Shown here one piece after another: positions 46,443-57,800 of a stretch of DNA of 64,000 nucleotides. The DNA lies in contig MFLT01000001.1 in NCBI GenBank assembly GCA_001781415.1, positions 51,600 through 115,599 on the forward strand, read 5' to 3'. Source of the DNA: Candidatus Kaiserbacteria bacterium RIFCSPLOWO2_01_FULL_45_25. Its GTDB lineage: Bacteria > Patescibacteriota > Minisyncoccia > Phycocordibacterales > UBA918. The translations under genes were made by a program, and so were the position numbers. How positions within the stretch are numbered: position 1 is the stretch's first letter; every line of letters begins with the position of its first letter. The notes beneath the pieces are model-generated. The model made no database searches. It was not told where the DNA came from and was given only the letters and a program-made list of their open reading frames with translations.

Positions 46443-46610
46443 ATCACCTTGGTGAAGCGGCGGACTCGACGGCGGACCACATACCCTATTTCCTCTTTGC
46501 AGACCTGCTTTCGCAGGCCGCTACAGCTGACCGCTCCCTTGGGGGTCGCGGCTCAGCTAAGCGTCTGCGTAAGTTCGCAATAGTCGACGCGTTGCGTCTC
46601 GTTTGCTCAC
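46443..46610 (+). ncRNA. Candidate structured RNA or cis-regulatory element, copy 2 (see 6572-6705), directly upstream of hsp20
   Basis: Shares the ATCACCTT start, the core GC(A/T)GCAGC(C/T)GACCGCTCCCTT(T)GGGGTCGCGGCTC(G/A)GCTAAGC(A/G)TCTGC and the 3' hairpin with compensatory substitutions. Confidence 0.45.
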
Positions 46611-46663
46611 TTGTGTGGGTAACATACACAAATGTAAATTAAACAATACTATAATGTAGTGGT

Positions 46664-47134
46664 ATGTCCTTTCTACAAAGACTAAAAAATCGAGGAGTCC
46701 GTTCCGGGCAAACTTCCTTGCAGTCTGAATCCGAGGAGACAGCTGTCGACAAAGTCGCACAGCTGAATGTTGATGTCTATCAGACTGAAAACAAAATTGT
46801 TATTTACGCCCAGGCCGCTGGAGCTGACATGAACGACGTCAATGTCTCGATTGAAGGCGATGCGGACATTGTACTTATTGAAGGGCGACGGATTCGTCCT
46901 GAGTATATTGTATTTCCTAAGAGTAAAGAACAAGGTGCTTACTTCGCATCTGAATGTATTTGGGGAGATTTTTATCGACGAATTATTTTGCCTGAAAGTG
47001 TAGAGATAGAAAAGGCTGAAGCAAAAATTAAAAACGGCGTACTGATTTTGGTTCTTCCTCTACTCAAATCTTCAGAGAAAGAAAAAGTACGTTTGCGAGT
47101 AAAGCAGGAGCGTCGTCAACCAAGTAGTAAATAA
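46664..47134 (+). CDS. Small heat-shock protein (Hsp20/alpha-crystallin family)
   Basis: Alpha-crystallin domain pattern (..DVYQTENKIVIYA..GV.ILVLP), 156 aa. Confidence 0.8.
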   Translation: MSFLQRLKNRGVRSGQTSLQSESEETAVDKVAQLNVDVYQTENKIVIYAQAAGADMNDVNVSIEGDADIVLIEGRRIRPEYIVFPKSKEQGAYFASECIWGDFYRRIILPESVEIEKAEAKIKNGVLILVLPLLKSSEKEKVRLRVKQERRQPSSK

Positions 47135-47148
47135 GTTCTTCAAGTACC

Positions 47149-48705
47149 TTGATACCTATGCAAAAAACAAAAATTAACACCATTACGTTTTTTAAAAACT
47201 TTTCACTAGTTATATTAGTCGCAGTCTTCTTTTTTGTTGGTACTGCTATTGCCAGTGCTGCCACTCTGCAGCTAAATCCAAGTACAGGTTCATACAGCGC
47301 TGGGCAAACCTTTACTTCATCATTGCGGGTAGTGCCAGCTGGGCAAAATATAAATGCCGTTGAAGCCACCCTTAAATTTGATCCAAGTGTCGTCTCGGTG
47401 GTTAGTATCTCAAAAGATGGATCAGCCTTCTCACTCTGGACTGTTGAACCATCATTTTCAAATAGTGCTGGAACTATCACCTTTGGTGGCGGAAGTCCTT
47501 CACCGTTCTCAGCTACTTCAAACCTAGTTAATATCACCTTCAGAGCCCTTAAGGCTGGCTCCGCTTCAGTAAGTTTTACCGAGGCTTCAGTATTGGCAGC
47601 TGATGGGCAGGGAACTAATGTATATCAGAATTCTAGTCCAGGAACATTTACCATTGCCGCCGCTTCTACTCCAACTCCGACACCAACTACACCAACTCCA
47701 ACCCCGACCACCCCAAAGCCAGAAGCAGAAGATGATAGTGAAGAGGCACTCATCTTTGGAGATCCACCACGAGCACCGGAAATTGGTTCACCAGCTTTCC
47801 TTGATCCAGAAGTTTGGTATTCTAATACTGAAGGACTATTTAGTTGGACACTGCCATTTGACGTAAACGCAATGGCGATTGAAATTGCCACTTCAGCTGA
47901 CAACGTACCAAATTTAAATGAAGATGCGATTCTTGAACCGCCAGTAGATGAATTTAGAATTACCAAGGACATAGTTTCTGATGGTATTCAGTACCTCAGT
48001 ATTCGATTTAAGAACCAGGTTGATTGGGGTGTTACTTTGAACCGAAAGCTACAGATAGACACGACTGCACCAGAAAAGTTTGAGATAGTTATTAGAACTG
48101 GCACCACACCGTCTGACTTCCCACTTCTAAACTTTGAAGCCCAAGACAAGACTTCAGGAATTGCGTTCTATGAGCTAACCATTGCTGATAAAGAACCGTT
48201 TAGAGTCACTCCAGACGAAGCTAGATTGGGTTACTTACTGCGAGAACTTGAAGATGGTACTTACACTGTAAAGGTCGTAGCGCACGACATGGCTGGCAAC
48301 AAGCGTGAGAGCACTAAGCCAGTTCTGATTACCGCAGGATGGGTGAAACCAGCTGAGGTGGTAGAAGAAAAATCATTCTGGGATTTCTTTACTCCAGCTA
48401 ATCTCTTTATCTTCTTCCTCATTGTTATCATAATCCTACTCAGCATCTTTATTTGGTACGAACGAAAGCAATTAAAGATTAAGGAAGAAAAATTGCGACG
48501 CGAGACACGAGAAGTTCAAGACCAAATGGAGAAAATCTTCTCAGCGCTACGTGATGAAATCTACGATCAAATCAACATGATAACCAAGCGAAAGCGTTTG
48601 TCTAAGAGCGAGAAGGAGGCCGTTGAAGGACTCAACCAAGCACTCGAAGTTTCCGAGACCTTGATTGAAAAGGAAATCAATGATGTAAAGGCAATATTGA
48701 AGTAA
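47149..48705 (+). CDS. Membrane-anchored protein with N-terminal cohesin-like domain, PT-rich linker, second beta domain, TM helix and cytoplasmic coiled-coil tail
   Basis: Signal peptide; ATLQLNPSTGSYSAGQTFTSSLRVVPAGQNINAVEATLKFDPSVVSVVSI...LVNITFRALKAGSASV matches the cohesin fold pattern; (TPTPTTP)n linker; TM FIFFLIVIIILLSIFIWY. Confidence 0.5.
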   Translation: MIPMQKTKINTITFFKNFSLVILVAVFFFVGTAIASAATLQLNPSTGSYSAGQTFTSSLRVVPAGQNINAVEATLKFDPSVVSVVSISKDGSAFSLWTVEPSFSNSAGTITFGGGSPSPFSATSNLVNITFRALKAGSASVSFTEASVLAADGQGTNVYQNSSPGTFTIAAASTPTPTPTTPTPTPTTPKPEAEDDSEEALIFGDPPRAPEIGSPAFLDPEVWYSNTEGLFSWTLPFDVNAMAIEIATSADNVPNLNEDAILEPPVDEFRITKDIVSDGIQYLSIRFKNQVDWGVTLNRKLQIDTTAPEKFEIVIRTGTTPSDFPLLNFEAQDKTSGIAFYELTIADKEPFRVTPDEARLGYLLRELEDGTYTVKVVAHDMAGNKRESTKPVLITAGWVKPAEVVEEKSFWDFFTPANLFIFFLIVIIILLSIFIWYERKQLKIKEEKLRRETREVQDQMEKIFSALRDEIYDQINMITKRKRLSKSEKEAVEGLNQALEVSETLIEKEINDVKAILK

Positions 48706-48738
48706 TTTCACTCTTCAATCCACATAAATGATATTTAT

Positions 48739-48766
48739 ACCGCGCGTTCCGAAAGGAACGCGCGGT
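48739..48766. terminator. GC-rich hairpin between the cohesin gene and the giant gene (weak terminator; no clean T-run)
   Basis: ACCGCGCGTTCC-gaaa-GGAACGCGCGGT. Confidence 0.35.
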
Positions 48767-48818
48767 ATAATATAATAAACCTATTTCTGTCTTGGGAAGA
48801 CAGAGGGGTTGTTATGTA

Positions 48819-51800
48819 ATGTATTTAAAGGCTTTTTTCACTAAAACTACATTGTGGTCAGTAGCGGCTTTTTGCCTACTTGTGGGTGTTTTTGTGTACG
48901 CCACAATTGACCGTACGGTCTACGTTACTGAACAGCTCGTTGTGATTCCTGATACGGTGGTGTCTGATACTTGGCTTGGGGTGGAAAACATTCTAGTTAG
49001 TGACATATCTGGAGAATCTTTGTACCAAGAATTTACACTTTCAAACGCTGCCGTGCTGGATGAGGGACTTATGAATGCAAATCCACCAGCAGAAACTTCT
49101 GCTGATAATTTGCCAACAGCTGAAGTTGGTGCACCAACAGAAGGTGAAAATAATAATGGCGCTGCTGATGACTCACCAGTAGTGGAAGGGGATGCAGAAG
49201 TAGAGCCAGCTCAAACAGATGCTGGAATTCAAACAGATGAAAATGCGACAGTACCAACTGACGGAACTACAGAGGAGGTGGCACCGGTACCGACTGTGGA
49301 CGAGGTTGAGACAGCCCCTGAACCCGAGACTGTATCTGAACCAGAGCCCGAGCCGGTTGATGAGCCAGAACCTGCGCCTGCACCTGAGCCAGCAGCTGAA
49401 CCAGAAGTTTCTGCAAACTCAAATTCTATTTATTGGGGTTTGTTACCGTTGTCTACAAATTCATATCGACTTACTCAAGAGACTATTACAGAGGAAGTTA
49501 CTCCTGCACCTGTTGCGGAAGAGGCAGAGCCTGTAGCTGAACCTGAACCAGTGGTAGATGAGCCAGCGGCTGAAGAGCCTGTTGTCGAAGAAGTTCCGAC
49601 AGAAACAGCTCCTGAACCAGTGGTTGAAGGGGAAGCGACAGTAGAGGTGGAGACAGAACCAGTAGTTGAAGAAGAACAGTTGCTAGACACTACAGAAGAG
49701 TCCTCTAATGAAGAAGGCTCTGAAACAGGGGTGGAGGGGGATGAAGTATTAACTGAAGAAGAAATCAATAATGTTGAAGAAGGTGAAACGGAAGAGGAGT
49801 TTGAAGAAGAAATAGTTACAACTATTTACGACGTTTGTGTTGGTAACGAAGAGTGTAAACTTTACAGTACAACTTTTACTGGATTCTCAGTACCAGAATT
49901 TGAGGAGGGAAAGTTTTTGGCCTCAGCGCAACTACGACTATCACTGGCTGCCAAGACCAAGTCATCTTACACAGAAGGTCCGCAGCGGTTTGTGGTTGAG
50001 TATTCATATGAAGCGACTGGAGAGTGGCGTACTGCTACCATTATTGATATTGAAGAAGAAATTGCCAACAGTATTAATGGCGACTATTTCCTCGTGTCTC
50101 TTGATAAGCCGCTTAATCAAGCTCAGTTGGCCAACCTTCAAGTACGAGTTTCATATCAAGGTGACATCAGTGATCTTGACCGAGCCTACATTGAAAGTCT
50201 CTGGCTTGAAGTAACCTCGGCTTCATTTTATGAGGAGACTGATCCTCAGTATCTATCGGGAGCTATTGATTATTCTCGAGATTTGCTTAGTCCAGAACTT
50301 CATGAGCTTAATAATCCAGACTTAGATCCGGCCATGAGTGAATTACCATCATTTACTCTAAGTTATTCTCCACAACAAAACTTCATCAAGCGTGCTCTGA
50401 CCGCCGTATTTAGTGAAAACGAATACGCGGTTGATTCGGTACGAATTATTGATGCTTTAGGTGATGTCATCACCGTGCCTGTTGATGTTGAGTATTATGA
50501 CGATAAAACTTGGACTGTGCAGTTCTTGGAGCAGCCGCAAAAGATGGTGCCTGGAAAATACACGGTGGAACTGGTCATTAACGAAAACGAAACCCTATAT
50601 ACAGACAGCTTTGAGTTTTACTGGGGAGTGTTGGCGGTCAATACCACTAAGAGTATGTACTTCCCAGGCGAAGATGTTACTTTGAACTTAGCTGCCCTAA
50701 CGGAAAAGGGAGATACTATTTGTGATGCAGCACTACTCCTCAAAGTAATTGATCCGTCTTACACAATTTCTGAAATTCCGGTGGAACAGTCTGGTGCTTG
50801 TGGTAAAAACAACGTCACTGACATCCCCGACTACCTAGCGTACTTTAACGATGCCGACGAACTCGGAGAGTACACCATTCAACTTCAACACTTAAATCGT
50901 GAAGGGGAAGTGGTACATAGTATCCAAGATCACTTTGAGGTACGAGAATACATTCCGTATGATATTGAACGAACGGCTCCAACTCGTATTTATCCACTGG
51001 CTCCATATGATGTAACTCTTAAGGTGGAAGCCAATCGAGTTTTCACTGGCGATATTGTGGAGCGGGTACCACGTGGCTTTACCTTCATTAATACCAGTGG
51101 AGCGGAGGTAGTGACATTACCAGAATACACTGAACTTATTTGGCGTAATATCTCACTGGAAGAAGGTGATGATATTGAACTCTCGTATCAATTTGACGCT
51201 CCTGATATCAGTCCTTACATGTATTTGCTTGGTCCACTCAATATGGACGGCTTTACTGAATTACGTCAGTGGCAGATTGCCTCTGACGCTCTTACTGCCA
51301 TGGGTGTTTTCACTGGTACTAGGTCAGTCGCTAGCACTAACCTCAACCAAGCAGCTAGTCCGCTGCAGTGGAGCGGTTCTGATATTGATCCATTTTATTT
51401 TGATCATTCAACTTCAACTAATTCTCACGAAGTCACTTTTAGACAAGCTGGTGATTACTATTTAGCGGTTAATGTACCGCAGGTACGAACTGACGGAAAC
51501 AGTAGTCGTACCCGTGTGGGAGTTGAAGTGCGAGTAAATGGTGTCCCAGTACCTCAAGGTTTAGGACGAAGTTCATATATTAGAAATACCAGTGGTCACG
51601 CTGAATCTTCTGCCTACGCCAACATATTGCTCACTGATATACAGGTGGATGATATTGTCGAGGTGTATGTAGAAGGTCTTACAACGGTTGATGCTGGAGA
51701 TATAGTAAACGTTTCTGGACAAGCCTCGTTATCCCTTGAGTATGTGGGAGTGGGAGCTGGTGTGTTTGCGGCTACTACTACACAGACAACAAATTCGACT

Positions 51801-54800
51801 AACCTCAACCAGATAACAGCTTATCCGCTTGAGTGGACTGAAACTCGTCAAGATACTGGTTTTGTGCACTCTGATGCCATTAACCCAGAGCAAATTATTA
51901 TTTCTGATCCGGGTATTTACCATGTGACAATTAACGTACCGCTAACAAACAACATCGCCCAGACTAACGTTCGTGGTGAAGTGCTCCTCGATGGTGTTCT
52001 TGTGCCGGGAGGAGTTTTTGCACAAGGGTATGCCCAAAACTCAGGAACTGAGAGTGATGGAGATTCTTCAATTCACTGGACTGGAGTAATTGAAACTACA
52101 GCTGTTAATCAGGTCTTATCTGTTACAGCCGAGCGAGAAGCAAGAGCCGGTACGGTTACTGTAACTTCGGGATTTTTTGGTTCAATTTTTGTGCGTGAAT
52201 TGCCAGTTGATGATGTACTTGTTCTTCGAGGTACAAACTTGGTTGGTGGTACTAACTGGAACCCGGCCGCTGCGGCTGCGGTTCAGTGGGTCACTGAGGA
52301 TTTTATGGATGCAACTGTATTTACTCATTCAACTACTTCAAACAGTCATCAAATTACAGTTAATGAAGACGGGGATTATTATTTATCATACAACGATGTT
52401 CTTAATGGAGCAGTATTTCGTAGCAATTCACGTGTCGAAGTTCTTAAGAATGGTACACCAATATCAGGAGCGCAAACAAAATCACATTACATTAGAAATC
52501 AAAACGGCCATACTGAATCTTCAGGTGCTTTAGCTATTGTACTTCAAGGTCTTCTAAATGGTGATGTTATAACTGTTACAACACAACAAGAAGCGGCCGC
52601 TGGTACGGTAAATGATACTAGTGATGCGATTATTATGATGTGGAAGAAAGCCACTCTCGATCTTCGTCCAGATGCTCCAGTCACTACTACTCCGTTTGAT
52701 AACATTCGTTTCGCTTCATCGACTCCGCACTTTGATTTTTCTGCTACTGACCCAGACGGTACTTCAGATATTGAATATGAATTTTCAATTGCTACCAGTA
52801 CTGGCTTTACTGCTTCAACCACCTTTAATTCAGTTACTGATAGTGAGTTCTTTAATACCTCTTCGTCCACAGATACTTCACCATTTACCGAAGGGAATAC
52901 CATCCGACTTCAACTTACTTCTGGAGATGTTTTGTCAGACCAGACAACTTACTATTGGCGCGTCCGAGCCAAGGACACCACTGGCTCGGGCGAATTCAGT
53001 GATTGGTCTACTACCAAGAGCTTGACGGTTGATATGGCGGCCCCGGCTGATAGTTGGTTCCAGTCCTATAGTGGTCAATTCGAGGGAGATTCTTTGGTCG
53101 GTGCGTCAAGTAATAATGACCAAGTGCAGGTTGATGCTAGTGTCAGTTCAGAAGTTTTGATTGCTTATGGAGAGGGGACAAATACTACTCCTAGATATCG
53201 CTTCTGGAATGGTTCTTCTTGGGGTCTTGAGGGCGGAGCACAGACAGTATCTGGAACAATTAACTGGGTACGCACTGCCGCATCTGTAACTCGTGATGAG
53301 TATGCGCTCATTACGCTTGATTCTGCCAGTGACTCATTTGTGCAAATTTACAGCGCCTCAACTTCAGCTTGGGGTAACCAAGTGTTGATGTCACCGGCAG
53401 TGACTGGTCCACAGTATCGTGGAATAGCGGTTGGCTATGAAAGCACATCAGGCGATTTGATGGCCATATCATGTACTAATAGTCCAAATCCAGTTTATCG
53501 TATTTGGAACGGCACTACTTGGTCTGCTACTAGTACCATTACAGTTAGCTCACTTAATAACTGTAACTTCCTTGAGCTGGCTTCAGATCCAGCTTCAGAT
53601 GAAATGATTTTGGTAGTTCGTGATACTGGAACTCAGTATGAAGCCTTGGTGTGGGATGGTTCAGCTTGGGTTGAGAGTCGAGTAATCGGTTCATCAGCAA
53701 AAGTAGCGCGTGAAGGTATGTCGGTAGCTTATGAAGCGTCTGGAGACCAGGCTGTTGTTATTGTTAGTAATGGAACGGCAAATAGTTTTGCCTATACTAC
53801 CTGGAACGGGGTTGAGTTTAGTACAAATGATACTCAAACTCTCGGTAATGACTTTGAGTTTGGACGTTTGGCGGCTGATACCGACTCTGACAATTTAGCT
53901 CTTTGTTATATTGATGAAGATAATGACGTTGGAGCCATTCGTTGGAATGGTGGAGTGTGGTCAGCTACTACTGAGCTTGATACTGGCGGTAATATCGATA
54001 CTGGTCGTCCAGTGGATTGTGAATTTGAAACTACGGCCGGACGCAGTGAGTACTTAATGGCCGCTTACAGTGACACTGTTAATGTGCGCCATCGCTCCGG
54101 TACTTCGACTGTGTATTCGACTGAGGCAACAATCGGCACAATGGAAGACTCTTTCTGGGTGCAAACTGAACGAGCTGGTGACGGTATAGTTCTAGCGGTT
54201 GCTCTTGATGATACGGTAGACAACCTAAATTCTTCATACTGGAATGGTACGTCATGGGCAGCTCAAGATACACTTGAAACCAGTCCATCATCAGTTATTG
54301 CTTCTCCGTACGAAATGTATGACATGTCTGCTAAGCGTTTCCAGTTTGCAGAAGGAGTAGTACAAACCCCGCCTATTAACTTTACTGATGTTCCAAACCA
54401 ACCAACTTGGGGAGATATAAACTTTAGTACTACTGAACCGTTTGGTACGGATGTTTTGGTCCGTGTTAAATATTCAAATGTTGGCACTTGTGATGCTTAT
54501 GTTCCGGATTTGGCGTTGCCAGGCAACAGTACTGGCTTTGACGCTGCTAACTCACCAATTGACTTGGTTTCAGTTTCCACAACTACCTATGATCAAATCT
54601 GTCTTGAGGCCACTCTTACCACCCTTGGTGATTCATCTGCTTCGCTCGATGAGTGGACCTTGGCGTGGGTGCGACAGCCAAAACTAATTCAGAATCGCTA
54701 TCGCTGGTATGTAAATGGAAGTTTCTTAACACCAACTGACCCGTGGCCAGCCGGGGTGGATGATACAGCAGAAAATACCTCAATCAATTCTTCAATTGCC

Positions 54801-57800
54801 ATTAATAACAGTGAAGCTATTCGTCTGCGAATGTCACTCCAGGGCAGTAATGTTGAACTCCCTGCTTTTGCAGAAGCGTTTAAGTTGCAGTACGCAGAAG
54901 GCTTTACTTGTAGCAATGCCTTAACTTGGCATGATGTTGGCGACACAGCTTCAACTACTGCGCTTTGGCGTGGGTTTGAAAACTCAATTGTAGGCGATGA
55001 TTGGTATAGTGCTAGCTGGGGCAAGCGAGTCAAGGTTATTATTGATAGTGCGCTCGTGTCTGACAGTCAAACTAATTTCCCGGTCTATCTAAACCTAGCT
55101 GATTTCCCAGCAGCATTTTTTGATAACGTACAAGCCGATGGAGATGATATTCGTATCACTCGAGCTGATGGTGTGACTGAAGTACCGTTTGAACTTGTGA
55201 CCATTGATACTTCAGCTGATACTGGAGAACTACACTTCAAAGCTGATGTGTCATCTACTACTGACACCTCTTTCTTTGTCTACTATGGTAACGGTAGTGC
55301 TTCTGGTTATTCTAATACTGCTACCTATGGTCGTAATAATGTATGGACCAATGGGTTCTTGGCTGTGTACCATTTGGATCAAAGTCCGACAGCTAGTGCT
55401 CCACAGTTTATCGATAGTACAGGCAATAATACTGGTACAGCCGTGAACCTAGAAGCCGGAGATAGGCTTACTGGAGTGGTTGGCCGAGCCATTGATGTGG
55501 ATGGAGCGGATGAGTACATTGATACCAACATAAATCAGAATGTCCTACGTTCAACTTGGTCTCTTTGGATTAATCCAGACGGAGCGCAAGGAGCTTACGA
55601 CGGTGTCATGATGTCACGAGGAACTCTCACTCACGGTATTAACATAAACAGTGGAGCTAATAGATTAGGCTACCACTGGCGAGACGCTTCAAATACCTGG
55701 AGCTGGAATGGAGGGCCAATTTATCCAACCAATCAGTGGTTTATGGCTTCTTTGGTGATAGAACCATCTCTGGCTACGCTATACGCACATACTGGTGGAG
55801 GAGTAACTAGTGCTACCAACGCTGTTACCCATGCTACAGCTACAGTTGATGCACTTGATATTGGACGCGACCCACTCGGCGGACGTTCATTTAACGGTAT
55901 AGTAGACGAGGCTACTTTGTCTAGTGTCGCACGCAGTGCTTCTTGGTTATCGACAACATATAACAACAAATCAAATCCAACCGGCTTTTATAGTGTGTCG
56001 AGTGAGGAGCTCATTAGTGACGGTCGCTTGTTGCCGTCAGTGGTTTTGTCTGAATCAGATGTTTCTGAAACCTACGAAGAAGAAAATCCAACTCGTGATA
56101 ATCAAAATACACTTCCAGTAGGGGATGATGCTGAGTGGGACTTTGTCCTAGAGAACAACGGTGCTACCCCAGCCACCAATTACTGTTTCCGGTTGGTGTA
56201 TGAAGACGGTGCTCTTTTGAATACCTATCAAAACTATCCACGATTAATTACTAACGCTCCGCCACTGGTGCCGACACTAATTGCTCCATTTGATAATGAA
56301 CGATTGGCTTCCACTACACCATCGTTTGAGTTTTCAGCGGACGATGAACTTGAAGATGAGGTAGCGTACGAAATTCAAGTATCAACTGACTATGCTTTTG
56401 GTAGCACGGTAATTAACAACAATTCGGTTGCTAGCTTCGCTTTGTTTACAAACTTGATTCAACCTTCTGAAAAGGGTCAGTTTACTAGTGCTGATACTAT
56501 TCAATTTATTTCACCAACTGCTTTATCGAGCGGTACTACTTATTGGTGGCGAGTGCGAGCTCAGGATCCAGATGGTTCAGGTTCTTATAGTGAGTGGTCT
56601 ACTCCAGAAAGCTTTACTGTGACAACTGGAACAACAATTACTACTTGGTACCAAACCACAGGCGAGCAGTTTGCTACTAACAACTTGCTTGATGCAATAG
56701 CAAACTCAGGTGATACCGGTATTGATTCTGGCTTTACGGCGGCAACTACCACCAGTACGGTCATTGATTATGACGATCGTGACACTGGAAACGCTTGGGG
56801 AGATTTTAGTTTTACTCATAATGTCACCTCAGGTTCTATTCGGTATCGTGTTGAATATAGAGTCTCTGGTGAGACGTTTGAACTGGTGCCGGATGTAGAC
56901 CTGGCTGGTAATAGTACTGGCTTCACTACTTCACCGGTTTCTTTGGCTGCACTTAATACCACTACTTATAACGAGCTCCGATTAGTGGCGGTATTGTCTG
57001 GTAACGCAACGTTACCAAGACTGCAGGACTGGACAGTGACTTGGAGTGAGACGATTGAATCACCAACTCATGTTGATCCATTTGATAATGCTAAAGTCTC
57101 TACTACCACTCCGGCCCTTAAATTCTTTACCTCTGATCCAGAAAATGAAGATTTACAGTACGAAGTGCAACTATCAAGTACTTATGACTTTGCCTCACCG
57201 TCAACCTTTACTTCTGGAGTTGAAGCTGGATTTAGTAACACTGAAGATGCGCTCGACACCTCTCCATTTACTACTGATGAGCAAATTCAGTATTTGGTGC
57301 AAACACCACTCACAAACGGTAATACTTACTGGTGGCGTACCCGAGCTCGTGACCCACTAGGCGCCAACAGTTGGTCAGACTATTCAACTCCAGAAAGCTT
57401 TACGGTTGATACATCAATTACTACTTCAGTCTGGTATCAAACAACCGGTGAACAATTTGAGACAGATGAGCTGGTAGATATTGAAACTACAGCTGGGGCT
57501 GCCCAAATTACTTCCACTATTACTGAGGTGATATCTGTCTATGGTGAAGGTACTGGTCAGTCGCCGCAGTATCGTTTATGGAATGGTACTAGTTGGAGCG
57601 CCCCATTTTCAGCGCAATCAGTTGGAGCACAGATTCGTTGGCTCGAACTTAAGGCTTCACCAGCTCGGCCAGAGTATGCGCTCGGAACTTTGGGTACTGA
57701 CCTAGATGTAAATTTCCAAATTTACAACTCAGAGACAGATACCTGGGGTGATGTGGAAGAGCTGCAAACTAATAGTGTCGCAACCGATAAGCGTACCTTT

